Positions 41,781 to 55,760 of a DNA stretch of 64,000 nt are shown here, in pieces. The position numbers and the translations under genes are program-made. How positions within the stretch are numbered: position 1 is the stretch's first letter; each line of letters starts with the position of its first letter. The notes under the pieces are model-generated. The model was given only the letters and a program-made list of their open reading frames with translations, had not been told where the DNA came from and searched no databases. This DNA is from the human T2T-CHM13v2.0 reference genome, Homo sapiens, in NCBI RefSeq assembly GCF_009914755.1, contig NC_060927.1; one strand, 5' to 3'.

Positions 41781-42364
41781 TAAGGATTTATTTTCCTTGG
41801 TAATATGTCTGTGCTTGAAGGGCACTTCCCTGAGCTTGAGCATTTGTCTCCTGCAATCTGAACTTGAGGATTCTGCAAAACTCTTCACTTCCATTTACTG
41901 CTTTCCTGGCTCAGCCTCAAGAGTGGCCTTAAGATACTTCATTTGGTTTTGCATTGGGCCTAATATTCATGCTAAAGCCACAAGACTGCCACATAACAAA
42001 GCATACCACAGATTTAAAATGAGTTTTGTGATGGTGGAATTTGGCAAGCAGATAGATTAAAAGATTCTTTAGAAGATAATTGTCAGATACATACCAGTTT
42101 CAGAAACATTGTGGTGTGAAAAAGGTGCACTGTAGAATCCTAGAATGTGGTATTTTCTGCTTGACTGTATGATTACTAGTGTGAGACAAGAAGCCTATAA
42201 GAACTTATTTTCCTTCTGAGTGAGAACCGTATTTAGTAATATTTGGTCAGGTGTTGGTTTCACAGACATATTTTTTTAAAAATCTCAAACTCCTCCTAGT
42301 TTTTTAATCCCATTAGCCTAGGGATTTTGGCTTGGAATGGCAGGCCTGCTTTATTTGTTTAAAT

Positions 42365-42556
42365 CAGTGCTCTGTGAAATTTTCTGTAAAGGACCAGATC
42401 GTAAATATGTTCAGCTTTGTGGGCTGTTCATCTCTTTCATGACTACTCAGTTCTGCCCTTCTAGCATGAAAGTAGCCATGGCAAGCAGATTTGGCTGTGT
42501 TCCAATAAAACTTTATTTATAAAGATAATTACTGGCCCTGATTTTGCCGATCCTTG
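42365..42556. mobile_element. MER58A-like hAT fossil
   Basis: ttttctgtaaaggaccagat...ggctgtgttccaataaaactttattta. Confidence 0.8.
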
Positions 42557-42958
42557 CATTAAATTACTTAGAAATGCTGTAAAATCAGTTATTAATATCA
42601 TTCTTGGAATATGTTCTCAGACTGTCTAGTTTTAAGGTGAGAACATGAGAGTCTCTTAGAACACTTGATTTTTATGTCATTCATTCTTTTCAGCATAAGC
42701 AATTTTATCTCTTAAATTATAGAACTAATGAATTCAGTAATAAAACTTGATTTTTTAAAAAATGTGCTAACCCTCTCAATGGCAAATCTTATTCTAGGCA
42801 GCAGAATTAAGCAGAGTACGGGTGAAATCGTAGGTGTCTCCTCACCCCAAAACGTGTATAGTCAGTTATTCTGAAATATGGCTTGCTATTTTGAACAATG
42901 TTGTGTATTGGTCAGATTTTAATTGAATGGAAGATTGTTGTAGGATTGGAGATGGTCA

Positions 42959-43260
<302 letters not shown>

Positions 43261-43704
43261 GGATTGGAGACGGTCAGGTCCACAGGACCTCAGTAACATT
43301 TGACTATTTGGATGAGGAAACCATGGTCTAGAACCGAGGAATGGATTACTCAGGAGAGCAGTTTTCTTTTAGGGGAAATTTAAGACACCTGTAGTCACTG
43401 TGCTTCTTACTGCCGTTTGGGGTTTTGGATTTTCCAGACACACGTAGGAAGCTGCAAGCGGTGGCCTTGTTGGTCTCATACCCATTTTAATGTTTGTGAT
43501 TTTGCATCATGATATCCAAGCTGATCTGCTTCTCTTTTTTTCATGATTTATATTTTATTATTATGATTCCTTAAGGGGAGAAATATTGGCCAGCAGGCCT
43601 TTACCTTTCATTTGTTAAAAGTAACCCACAGGAGGGAGTCGCAGATTTCTTAATGTTTGGTGTAGGTTTTGGTGTAATGCTTAACATACCCACTTGTCTT
43701 CCAG

Positions 43705-43833
43705 GCCTGTAACAACACTAGTGACAGGAAACATGCAGACTCGATTTTGGAGAAGTATGTCACCGAAATCGTCATGAGTATTGTTACTACTTTCTTCAGC
43801 TCTCCCTTCTCAGACCAGAGTACGACTTTGCAG
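43705..43833 (+). CDS. ITPR1: ITPR1 exon (window exon 23): [18 protein letters not shown]...DQSTTLQ
   Basis: ttccag acceptor; gtaaga donor; translated by hand. Confidence 0.97.
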
Positions 43834-44602
43834 GTAAGAAATAACCAACGTCAAGCAGAATGTTCACGATACACCTTCTGCAGTTGGGCTTGATGTGAAT
43901 TTGGGAGTAAGCAATTGTAAATGAACTGGTCTGCAAGGCATTAATACAAGATATATTTCTCTTGGTGGAAGATAGCTTTGATGGGATTTCTTGGGTAAAG
44001 AAGTACCTGGGGATATTTTCTTATACTGAATGGTTCTGTTAACTGTTGATTTTCTCCTTGAGATCTTTTCTGCTTTTTTTGTCCTCCAGTCCTCTGCTTC
44101 CCTGCCCTCCAATCCTAGAGATAACATTTATAAAACATCTAGCACAGTGCCTGACACAGAGTAGGTGCTTTAATAAATGGTAGCCTGTGCTATTTCTGTC
44201 AGACTATAAGCTACATGAAGACAAAGTTATGCCTTACATGCATGGTCATCTCATATACTACTCTATCCCTTGTACCTGGCATTGTGACTGGCACTGAGTT
44301 GCTAATTTGTTGAACAAATGAATAAATGAGACTCAGGAGAGTGGTAGAGACCAGAGATAAACATGTACTGGTTGAAGCCTTAGCCAGGAAAATGAAGCGG
44401 TGAACGAAAAGGGACCTGGAGAGAACACAAATAATGGAGGATGGGATGTAAAAGAGGCAGAACAAGATCAGGAGTTTTCATGCAGGCAGGATGCGATTTG
44501 GGACCTCAGGAATGAAGAAAGGGGAGGATTTTAGGAAAAAAGCAGATGGTGAGCCATCGTGTCCTTTTGCTCTTCCAGGAGGTTGAGTGAGCTGATGTCA
44601 CC

Positions 44603-44960
44603 TGTATTAGTGCATTTTCACGCTGCTGATAAAGACATACCCGATACTGGGCAATTTACAGAAGAAAAAGGTTTAGTGGACTCACAGTTCCATGTGGCTG
44701 GGGAGGCCTCACAGTCATGGTGGAGGGTGAAAGGCACGTCCCACATGGCAGCAGACAAGAGAAGAGAACTTGTGCAGGGAAACTCCCCTTTATAAAACCA
44801 TCAGATCATGCGAGACTCATTCACTATCATGAGAACAGCATGGGAAAGACCCACCCCACGATTCAGTTACCTCCCACCAGGTGTCTCCCACAACATGTGG
44901 GAATTGTGGGAGCTACAATTCAAGATGAAGTTTGGATAGGGACACAGTCAAATCATATCC
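44603..44960. mobile_element. THE1-type MaLR solo LTR
   Basis: tgtattagt...gctgctgataaagacataccc...gggagctacaattcaagatga...gggacacag. Confidence 0.9.
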
Positions 44961-46721
44961 CACCAGATTGCCTGTTGCGTTTGGATGGTTAGCAGGTGGC
45001 TACTCTTATCCATTTAATCATCTTTTGTACACTGAGGTGTCAAATAGGAGCAGATCAGGTGTTCCAGGAATAGGGTTCAGTGGAATTCATCTAGTCAAGA
45101 GACACTGCTTTCTTTGAGCTGGGCTGTTGGGTTCTCATCCCAAATCCAGCACTTACTGGCTAATAGGGCAGGCGATAATGCACTGCTTCCTTCACAGGGT
45201 GATGGTGAAGGCTAAATATGTATAAAGTGCTTAGCACAGAGCCTGGCATGTAGGAAGTGCTGGGGGTAAATGACCGTTCTCATTGGGCCCTTTGAGTTAG
45301 CTCCAGAGCTAACAAGCAGCCACAAAACTCAGGGACTAAATCCTAGGTTTCCCCTGCCAGTTTCCCGGGCTGCCTCTGCTCCTGTCCTCTATTAGGAACA
45401 CAGCTTACTATCTTGGGTGGCTGCAGGCAATAGGACAGAAAGTACTTCCTGAAGAAGGCAATGAGATTCTGGCTGCCAGGTGAACTTCATGGAAAGAGCA
45501 TGGAGGTTTGCCATCAGAGACTCTTGCAGTTGACCTCCTGCTTTGCCGTCACTTCTCTTTTCTTTTGGATAATTTCTTTTATCCTTGCTGGGCCTTTGTT
45601 TTTCATGCGTGACGGGAAGGTAATTCCAAGTCACAGAATTGTTCACTGAGGCCTGAATGAGATCATATGTGAAATGTCTCACACATAGCATGCCCTTAAT
45701 AAATGGAGATTATCTGAACCATGTTTATCAGGGAGGTTCTGAATTTTTAATTAATCTTTTTTATTTTCTTAAAATAGACTTCCTTTCTCCCCTGACGCTT
45801 TCCTTTTTCTTTCATCTCAGAGACCTCTTTCGGGGTTTTCAATACTTTTTTCTTTACTATATTAACTTCCGCTGTTTTTAGAGGGGCTATGCAAGTTGTC
45901 CCCTCTGAAACGAAAAGACCAGTTGAATAGCGCAGCACACACAGCTATCTATCTTTGCCTTGCTGGTCCAAAGCTACCCTTTGAATGGAGACCAAAACTA
46001 TAATTTTTTAATGTACTCAGAAAGTCAGTGTCAAATTGATTCAGTGGATGTTTGAGTACTCTTACTTTAAAATGAGTATAAATTTATACCTTTGTAGAAA
46101 GGAATAAATCTTCTCATGTAACTTCGAAGTACTCATCATAATAAATGAATATTTATAAAGAGTAACTATCCGAATTCTCTTTATGTCATTGAAGACCTTG
46201 CCAGAAATAAAGAAGTAGCAGTCGAGGTGAGATCCACGTATCAGTTTGTTTTTGCTGATTAAAGACATGGGTTCTACTCAGTGGATATAATGTCTGGAAG
46301 GAACTTTGGGGTCAGTCTGCCTCAATCCACTTATTTTATACATTGGATGAAACTGAAGCTCAGAGAGGTGAAGTAATTTGCCTAAAGTCATGCAGCTGCT
46401 TGGTAACTGGATAAGAATACCAGTCTTTGAACTGTGGATCCATTGCTCCTTCTTGTGCTCAAACTTAGTTAAAATAGCATCAAGTTAATGCATTGCCCTA
46501 AAATGCTTCTGAGTTGCTCTCCCTTGGCTAGGTAACTTATGGAATTTAGCTCTTATCCAGGCATCCCCTCTCACCCTTGCCTCAGGGTCCATTAACAAGG
46601 CAGTGTCTGTCTCTGATCTGGGGTCCAGTGGTTCAAGACAATGTCTCTGTCTCTGATCGGATCATCAGTAGTCTACAAATAAAAATCTGTTTTTCACGTT
46701 GCCTCTTTTGGCTTCTTGCAG

Positions 46722-46842
46722 ACTCGCCAGCCTGTCTTTGTGCAACTGCTGCAAGGCGTGTTCAGGGTTTACCACTGCAACTGGTTAATGCCAAGCCAAA
46801 AAGCCTCCGTGGAGAGCTGTATTCGGGTGCTGTCTGATGTAG
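46722..46842 (+). CDS. ITPR1: ITPR1 exon (window exon 24): [15 protein letters not shown]...IRVLSDV(A)
   Basis: ttgcag acceptor; TAG|gtaaga donor; translated by hand. Confidence 0.97.
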
Positions 46843-48022
46843 GTAAGATACCAAGTCAGTTTGGATATACGTGATGAAAATGAATTGTCTGACAGTAGTA
46901 AGGCTGCCATTTATTGAGCACTCATTACAACTCTTCTAAAGTTACACAGACAGGAAGTTTCAGAGCCAGACCCGGAACCAAGGTCTTCTTGATTGCTGGG
47001 CTTCTTTTTTTATCTACCAAGCCAGCATTTCCCAAGGGAAGAGCCAGTGAGTCCTAAGTCAGATAGGCCTAGATAAACAAGCTTCCATGGTTGTTAGGCA
47101 ATTCTTTGGCAAGTAACGATACACACAGCTTATTCAAGGCCCTGGGAAGTCCCTCATTCAAGAAACTAATTTGTTTAATCCAGCAAATGTACTTGACCAT
47201 GTGGTAACTTTTTCCTGGAAAGCACCTGTCACATCCTAAGGAACACCCTTTCTCAGAAATGGTGCACTGCTCCCTTCTTCCCCTTGAGTAGAAATGATTC
47301 TCCATTTCCTCTGTGACTCCCCTCCTGTCCCGCCTCTCATAGGCAGCCTTTGAAAGGAAGTTAGGAAAATTTCTTTTTCCTTCATCCTGACTTTATCAGA
47401 CTCCATGACTTGACCCATTCCCCACCCCCTATTAATGTTGTGCAAAGAGGTAAGCTTCCTGCCTGAAGTTGAGAAGAGAGTTACCTGCCTGGAGTGGCCT
47501 CTTAGATCCTTGCAGACAGTAACAAGAAGAGCAAGACAGGTGTAGTTCTCAGCATTATTTAGTGGCTGTCCAGCAACTGTCAATTGTGTAGGTAAGATAT
47601 CAAGTCAGTTTGGATATACCTTGGGAGATACGTATAATCTATTAGGACTGTTGCCTGATTTCGGTAGTCTCTCGCCCAGTTCCTTTACTCTCCTATGGTA
47701 GGTGTTGATGTCTTTTTATTATTGGTGTGGCCGTATTTCACAGTAAGAAATTAGGTTTTGGAAAATATATACACGACAGGTTCATTGTGTTATATCTTAG
47801 AAACAGGGCCCTGCAATGAAATTCCCAGATAACCCTATACTTTTTCCATACAGGATTATCTATCAAAAAGAATGTGCCTGGTGAACTAATGTGGAAGTAG
47901 AAAGCCAAATACCACACGTTCTCACTTAAAGTGGGAGCTAAATATTGGGTCCACGTGGATGTAAAGATGGGGGACTACTAGAGGGGTAAAGGGGGAAAAG
48001 CGTTGAAAAACTACCTGTTGGA

Positions 48023-48319
<297 letters not shown>

Positions 48320-49129
48320 TCCCTACCTGTTGGGTACTCTGTTCTCTATCTGGGTGATGGGTTCGATCATACCCTAAACCTCAGCATTAAGCAATACACT
48401 TCTGCAGCAAACCTGCACGGGTACCCCCTGATTCTAAGATAAAAGTTGGAAAAAAGAAAAAAAAAAGTTGTGCTTGTTGAGGCCAAAGGAAACGTAGGAG
48501 GAAGCCCTTGCCACAGAGGTTAGTTTTTGTTTAATATTTTAGCAAGTGGTTGACTTGACTAGTAGCTCAGTGCTCATTAGAGAGGGGAAGTCTTTCCATT
48601 TGTCTTGGTGGTGATAAGACAAAAGACAAGGAGAGTTGATGTCTGTGGAACGGTAAGACATGAAAACAGCACTACCCAGAGTCCCCTCTGTGCCTCTTGG
48701 GGGTCGCTTCCTCATGACTAATACCACACCCAGAACCCACTGTGTTAGTTGTTTAGCTTATGAATATCCAAGGCATAGAGTTTCTAGCTGTGACGGGTGT
48801 ACCCTGTGCATCCTGCTTTTCAATTGTTAATTATTTGTATTTTTCCAAATTTCCCACTTTCTATATTAGACTGTTAGAAAGTTGTTGGCTGGCTTATAGT
48901 TTTTTTTCCGCTAAATTGTGTGTGTGTGTATGTTTTTAAATGGGATTTAAATAATTGCTTCTCAGATTCCTCTTTCAGGATGTTGGAGTTGTTTTTACAA
49001 TTAGATAGTTGAGTACTTTCTTTGCTTCTAGTGTTTTGAAGCATTGAAGACAGGAAATCATTGTTTTTTGGACATTTTCCCATATGGAAAAGAGTGATTA
49101 TTAGTCTTAATTATCTTCCTTTTCAAAAT

Positions 49130-49550
49130 CTTTTATTTTGGAATAATTTCAGGTTTATGGGACTGTAGCAAGGGTAATACAGAGAGTTCCCACAAATCCC
49201 TCACCCATTGTCACCCGTTGTCAGCATCTTACATTAGCAGGGCACCTTTGTCAAGGCTAGGAAACTGACACTGGTACAGTGCTATTACCTCAACTCCAGG
49301 CTCGATTCGAATTTCACCACTTTTCCCACTGCTGTCCCTTGTCATGCCCTTTTTCTGTTCCAGGATTTGGTCCAGGTACCACCTTGCATTTGGTTGTCAT
49401 GTCTCTCCAGTCTCTTCTGGTCTGTGACCATTTCTCAGCCTTTCCTTGTTTCTTATGACCTTGACAGTCTTGACAAGTACTAGTCAGGAGTCCTGTAGAG
49501 TGTCTCCCATTATGGGTTTGACTGATGTTTGTCTCATGCTTAGACTGGAG
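49130..49550 (-). mobile_element. Old L1M 3'-end fragment
   Basis: ttttattttggaataatttcagg...cagagagttccc motif. Confidence 0.6.
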
Positions 49551-50058
49551 TTCTCCTTTTTTAAGACGAAGAAAGAAGCACCTATCCAGAAAGAGGAGTT
49601 TATGCCATTGTGAATGCTACCTTTAGGATTATGTTTGGGATAACCCAGCATTTTTGTAGATTGTTGAACAAACCTGAAAAATAACTAGCAAATGATTCAT
49701 TGGCCAAACGAGTTCCCTGTCTTGATTATTCTTAAAATACACACACACCTCAGTGACCCTAAGAAGCCATTCATTGAGGAAACCCATTGAACTTTAACTC
49801 TGACATGCCCTGGCCTTATGACCTGAGAGCATTTTAACATTCCTAAGAACTGCTTCCCCCCAGAATTCACACTGGGAAACCCTGACCTAAAAGATGGTAA
49901 AGTTGACTTGAGCTTCTCAGTCTTTAAGCTCAATACCAGGCAAGCTGGCCCATTCTGGGTGTGAAAAACCTGCTGGATGGGGACTAGGGCATTACGTCCA
50001 TCTGTAGGGTGTCCCCCATAAAAGTTGTAGGCTCACGACTCATCTTTCTCCTGTGCAG

Positions 50059-50243
50059 CCAAGAGCCGGGCCATTGCCATTCCCGTGGACCTGGACAGCC
50101 AAGTCAACAACCTCTTTCTCAAGTCCCACAGCATTGTGCAGAAAACAGCCATGAACTGGCGGCTCTCAGCCCGCAATGCCGCACGCAGGGACTCTGTTCT
50201 GGCAGCTTCCAGAGACTACCGGAATATCATTGAGAGATTGCAG
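50059..50243 (+). CDS. ITPR1: ITPR1 exon (window exon 25): [15 protein letters not shown]...IIERLQ; calmodulin-binding segment and PKA/PKG site RRDS (50184-50195)
   Basis: tgcag acceptor; gtaatg donor; overlaps ORF 50085..50276. Confidence 0.97.
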
Positions 50244-51079
50244 GTAATGCCTGGTGTTGAGAGAAGTGATGCTTAGCCTGGCCTCACGTGATTGCCACAC
50301 ACAGCAGTGCATCCTTGAGCCACAGAGCATCTAAGCTGGGCCGTGGGAAGATGTCGGTGTGCTGAACGAATAGTCAAATGTTATATATGTAGGGCCAGGA
50401 GTGGGAAGTTACTTAGGAATAGAAAAGTTCCTGAAAAGTGATGGTCTTTAAAGGTTACTCCTAGATTTGCAGATTTCTTGGTGAAAAATTGGGACTCTGC
50501 TCTTATTAGAAGGAAGTATTGAAGTATTACAGAGGATGTTTAGAGTAAGAGCATAAATGTTCCATTTTCCCCATCACTCTGGGGTTATTTAGCCTCTTGA
50601 ATCAGCAGGTGAACAAGGGTGGTGATACCTGAGAGAAGAATTTTACATCAGAATGAGCCAGATGGAAACAAAAGTATTCCTTCCAGCTAGATTATTTACC
50701 TTTTTTCGTAGAATCTACCAAGACATCTGCTCTCCTTTTGTTAAAGGGGAGAGTAGTGAGTATTAGATGTTAAGCACTTAAACATGCATCTTAACATTAA
50801 CGTATTTTTTATACAAGCACCTCAGTTGATGCTCTCACAGGTAGTACATAGGTCACAGTTTGAGAATCGCAGATCCTTTGAATGAGCCCACAAGCAGTGT
50901 TTAAGAGTGTAGTCTCAGGCCAGTGCCTGGGTTAAATTTAAATCCTGGCTCTGCCGCTTAGAAATGGTGTAATCTTGGGAAAGTTACTTGACTTCTCGGT
51001 CCTTCAGATTCCTAGTCTGTAAAACAGTAGCACCTACCTCGTGGGGTTGATGTGAGGATTAAGAGAGTTGATAATATGT

Positions 51080-51585
51080 CCCAGTTACCTGTATTTCGTG
51101 CAGTAAATCACAACAATTACCTTATTCTCTTTTGCTCTTCTGGAGGTTGACTGGGCTCCGCTAGCTATTTCTTGCTTAGAGTCTTTCATGGCGTTGCAGT
51201 CAGATAGTGACTGCGGTTGGACTCATCTTGACACCTTGCTCACTCGCATATTTGGCAGTTGATGCTGGTTGTCAGGTGGGACCTCAGCTGGAGTTGTCGA
51301 CTGAAACATCTCCATATAGCCTGGGCTTCCTCACATCATGGCGGCTGTGTCCCAAGATGAGTGTGTGTAGAGAGAGACAAGTGAAAACTTTATTGTTGTT
51401 ATGACCTAGTTTCAGAAGTCACATAGCGTCACTTTTACTGTACTCTTTTGGTCAAGGCAGTCTCAAAGGTTCACTCCAGTTCAGGGGGAGGGAATCTAGA
51501 CCATCATTCAGTGAAAGGGATGTCAGTGTCACATTGTAAGAAGAATGTGAAAGACAGGATGTATTGTGGTATAGCCATCTTAGGA
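51080..51585. mobile_element. MLT1-type MaLR LTR fragment
   Basis: ctgggcttcctcacatcatggcggctg...tcagaagtcacatagcgtcactttt motifs. Confidence 0.65.
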
Positions 51586-54216
51586 AAATAGAGTGCACAT
51601 AAAACACATAGAGCAGTGCCTGGCATGTAGTGAGCACTCAGTTGAGGGCTGCTATTATTATTATTACTATTATTACTGTTGTTTACTGCTATGATTGTAA
51701 TAGTTACTGAGTCTCTGTACAGTTACACAACCTACTTGAAGACAGATGAATTCGTTAAATCATTCATCAGCTCCATGCTAGGCTCTGGGGATACAGTGGT
51801 CAGCAAAACCAGAAATGATGATCTTTGTCTCATAGTATCTCAAGTATCAGAAGGGAGAAAGAGACATTAATTTTAAATATAAAATGGTGAGAGGGACAAG
51901 TGAGAAGTGCAGAGAAGTGAGGAGCGCTTGAAAGATTCTGATGAGGAAACTAATTTTGTCTGAGGTTAGGGATGAGGGTCAAGGAAGACCTTGCTGAGGA
52001 AAGTAACATTTTGAACCAAGATGAGAAGGAACAGCAGGACTTAAAGAATAAAAGGGAGGGAAACAGCATGTGTAAAGACCGTTATACCGAAAAGAAGATG
52101 AAAATAAAAGTATTACTCAATTCCAGCTAGATTATTCCTTTTTTTTCTTAGCGTCTACCAAGAGATCTGCTCTCCCTTTGTTAAAAGGGAGAGTCGTATT
52201 AGATGGGTGTTAAACACTTAAACGTGCATCTTAACTTGACCTATGAAACCCTGCTCTTATGAGCAAAGGAAGTTGAGTGTGGCTGGAGCCAGGAAGCTGG
52301 GGAGGCTGGCGGGATTTCTCGGGTCAAGTTAAGAATTTCAGCCTTTATCATAACACAACCAGTTCTTAAATAACAAAGAGAACCAGTTCTTGATTCCTGA
52401 TGGAGTGCTTCCTGATCCCACTATGCTTTTAGAAAGGCGGGAGGGATGTTGTAGACTCCTCACTCCATGAGCATACAGTATTTTCTCGCCTGCTCAAATG
52501 AAACAAACTATCTGCAATCAAACATGCTGGTTTCTTGTGCTCTTCTTAGATTTATTATGCATATTCTTGGGAAGTTAAATGAAACGCGTAGGTGGGCAGT
52601 ACTGTTCTAAGGACTTGGCCAGTGACGTAAAGGATTTGCATTATCCAGTTATTTACTGTCTGAGTTTTTGTGGTTGATGAGATTGCCTAGTGCAGCAAAA
52701 GTTGTAATATAAGAAATTCACTCGCAAACAGACCACTTCTATAATTAATCCCCATCTAGACATCCTTCTCACTTAATGCTAGCATCTTTCCCCGCCCATT
52801 GCTTTGCCATCTTTGTTGATGTCTCCTTGATTGCTGAATGCTATACATTTGACAGTACAATGCAAATCAATTGCAATGTAAGGTTCAAACTGTGCAAAAG
52901 ATGCAGGATTTCATGAAATACATGAACATGATAAGAACAACTTTAATCCTGTGTAAATACCGTAGACAAAGATTTGCCAGAGTCAGGATCAATAACTATT
53001 GAAGAGAATATTGACCGGGTGCTTCCAAAAGGGATGCTATGGGGGGAACTGATAAGAGCCTCAGAATTTTGCAGAAATGACCCTTTTTTGACTGTGCTGT
53101 GAAAGTCAGTATGAACTAAGGGATGTTGCAAAGTACCGTCTTACAGTCTTGTTGGGAAAATTGCCCCACTCAAAATTATTTGATTGATTCATGTATCTTT
53201 ATGCATCTTAAACCTTATTGAGTGATTACATTCATCACCCAAATTGTGTTAAATCTAAGATTAAATTATCTTCATGTCATTAGTTTCTGGATGAAAGATT
53301 AGTTAATTCTTTGTCAATCCCAACTGGGTCCCAATTTAAGCAGCTTTTCCCATGCAAATGTCCTTGGGTAACCAAGCCTTCCTGTATTATCCAACGTGCT
53401 GTGTTTGGCCCCTGTCTTAGCCAACATGCCTGTAGGCAGGTTCTGAGTCACCAAACCATAGAGCAGGCTTTAGCATCTTTTGAAGATAATTTCTCATCTG
53501 TTTTCTATCATTTGCCTTCAAATGGTGTTTGTTGTGTTGGTTTTGCTGCTCTTTCAACTTCTCTCTGTTTTCCTTTCCTACAGCTATGTGTTTTGCATTT
53601 GAAGACCATCATGCTATCAGGGTACATGTATTTAGCATGTTGATACAGCATGTTCATTCATTGGTGTCCTCATGTTTGTATGACTTTATTATGTGAATAA
53701 TTCATGCTCATTGAAAATAAACAACACTGACAAGTATTTCTATATAGAAGAAAATCAGAATCACCTGTAATCCCACCACCCAGAGAAAACCAGTAGTAAT
53801 GTTTTAATATTTGATGTTTATCCTTTAGCTAGATATTGATGATGTTTATAAAAATAGGATTATTATTGTTTGACCTTTGTTATGCCCATGTCATAGACAT
53901 CTTTCCATGTTGTTAAATTGATTTTTTGCGTCATATTTTAAGCTACATGCAGTGGTACCTTGAGTAGCATAAGGGCCACCTTGAAAGAAGGGGTGGTGGG
54001 AAAGTTGACTTGTTTTCACTTTGTTTTCTGCATCAGAGGCTAATGTTTCAGGTAACCATTGGGCAATGTCTAATAATTTGAGATGCCAGACGGTACTAAA
54101 GTTACTCTAACCTAGCCTACCCGTGCATCAGTGTTTTAGGGCAGAAATCAATGTCCTCACCCTCCTGTGGTCAGCGTCTGCCTGAGCCGTTGACTGAGGC
54201 TGTGTTTCCGTTTTAG

Positions 54217-54365
54217 GACATCGTCTCCGCGCTGGAGGACCGTCTCAGGCCCCTGGTGCAGGCAGAGTTATCTGTGCTCGTGGATGTTCTCCACAGACCC
54301 GAGCTGCTTTTCCCAGAGAACACAGACGCCAGAAGGAAATGTGAAAGTGGCGGTTTCATTTGCAA
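54217..54365 (+). CDS. ITPR1: ITPR1 exon (window exon 26): [15 protein letters not shown]...ESGGFIC(K)
   Basis: tttag acceptor; gtaagc donor; translated by hand. Confidence 0.97.
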
Positions 54366-54821
54366 GTAAGCGGCCTCTCTCTCTGGGGTGTTCATTTGCC
54401 AGAACCTTGATGACCTCACAAAGCTTTTGTTCCCGAAGAAGGAGACGTTGTCCTGTTTTTTAACTTTGATGAATGCAAGGTCATGTGCTAAAGTCCTGTT
54501 CTGACCTCCCCAAAGTAAGTTTGTCTATTAAATCCTGCTTACTGACACTTTTTTGTTTTGTTTTGTTTTGCTTTGTTTTTTGGTGAGAAGTTCTTATTTT
54601 CACTGCATGCCCATTCATTCATTCATTACAGTGCACCCACCGTGTGCTGTGGTACAGACATAAAAAAGCCATGATCCCTCAGCCCTCAGAAATCTCAGAT
54701 CTATCGTGACCTCACCATCTTTTCCTAATAATTTTGTAATTTCTTAGTTTATGCCTTGTGCGTAATCTGTAAGCAACAAGCAGACCCATGGTTAGAAATC
54801 TCCATTAGATTTTTGCCCCAA

Positions 54822-55127
54822 GGCCGGACACGGTGGCTCATGCCTGTAATCCCAGCACTTTGGGAGGCCGGGGCTGGTGAATCACCTGAGGTCAGGGGTT
54901 CAAGACCAGCCTGGCCAACATGGTGAAACCCCATCTTGACTAAAAATACAAAAATTAGCTGGGCATGGTGGCGGGCTCCTGTAATCCCAGCTACTCTGTG
55001 GCTGAGGCAGGGGAATCACTTGAACCCAGGAAGCAGAGGCTACAGTGAGCCAAGATCGCGCTACTGCACTCCAGCCTGGGTGGCAGAACGAGACCTTGTC
55101 TCAAAAAAAAAAAAAAAAAAAAAAAAA
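54822..55127 (+). mobile_element. Alu SINE (AluS-like)
   Basis: Alu consensus, A25 tail, TSD-like agattttt(g/a)ccc. Confidence 0.95.
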
Positions 55128-55648
55128 GAGATTTTTACCCTAAGATTAGTTGTTTGTTTAGCTTGGGGCTGGACTCTGCATGTGAGTTTCTTACTTTTCT
55201 GGGCCCCTCTAAGGACAAGCTTGTGCATAAGGGAACTGTGTGTATTGGCCTCAACCATCATCCTCATGAGTTGTTTTTGTTTTACAGTGTTGGCATATTT
55301 GACCCATTTTACTGGCAATTCTCAGTGGATAAATAGCCACGCTTTATAAACGAGCAGGTCTGAGTGGACCTCTGTCTCGGTTCTCCTCTCCATATAATCT
55401 CTCCATTGTATGTGGCTGACTCCTGCCCAGTGAGCCTGTTTGCTGTGATTTACCAGCAGGTGTCACTATTGAGACACAGTTGCTAACTGGCTGTTCTCAG
55501 TGCAGGGAATGCCCTGAAGTATCTTTAACCTGAGAGCTCTTAATAAATATTTGTTCATTAACGGACTAGTTAAAATAAATTGCTTGTGAAGTCTTTTTAA
55601 TTTAAAATTAGCTTCAAGGAAGTAATCCGTGGTTTTCCCCCCATTCAG

Positions 55649-55760
55649 GTTAATAAAGCATACAAAACAGCTGCTAGAAGAAAATGAAGAGAAGCTCTGC
55701 ATTAAGGTCCTACAGACCCTGAGGGAAATGATGACCAAAGATAGAGGCTATGGAGAAAAG
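55649..55760 (+). CDS. ITPR1: ITPR1 exon (window exon 27): [15 protein letters not shown]...DRGYGEK
   Basis: ttcag acceptor; gtactg donor; within ORF 55629..55838. Confidence 0.97.
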
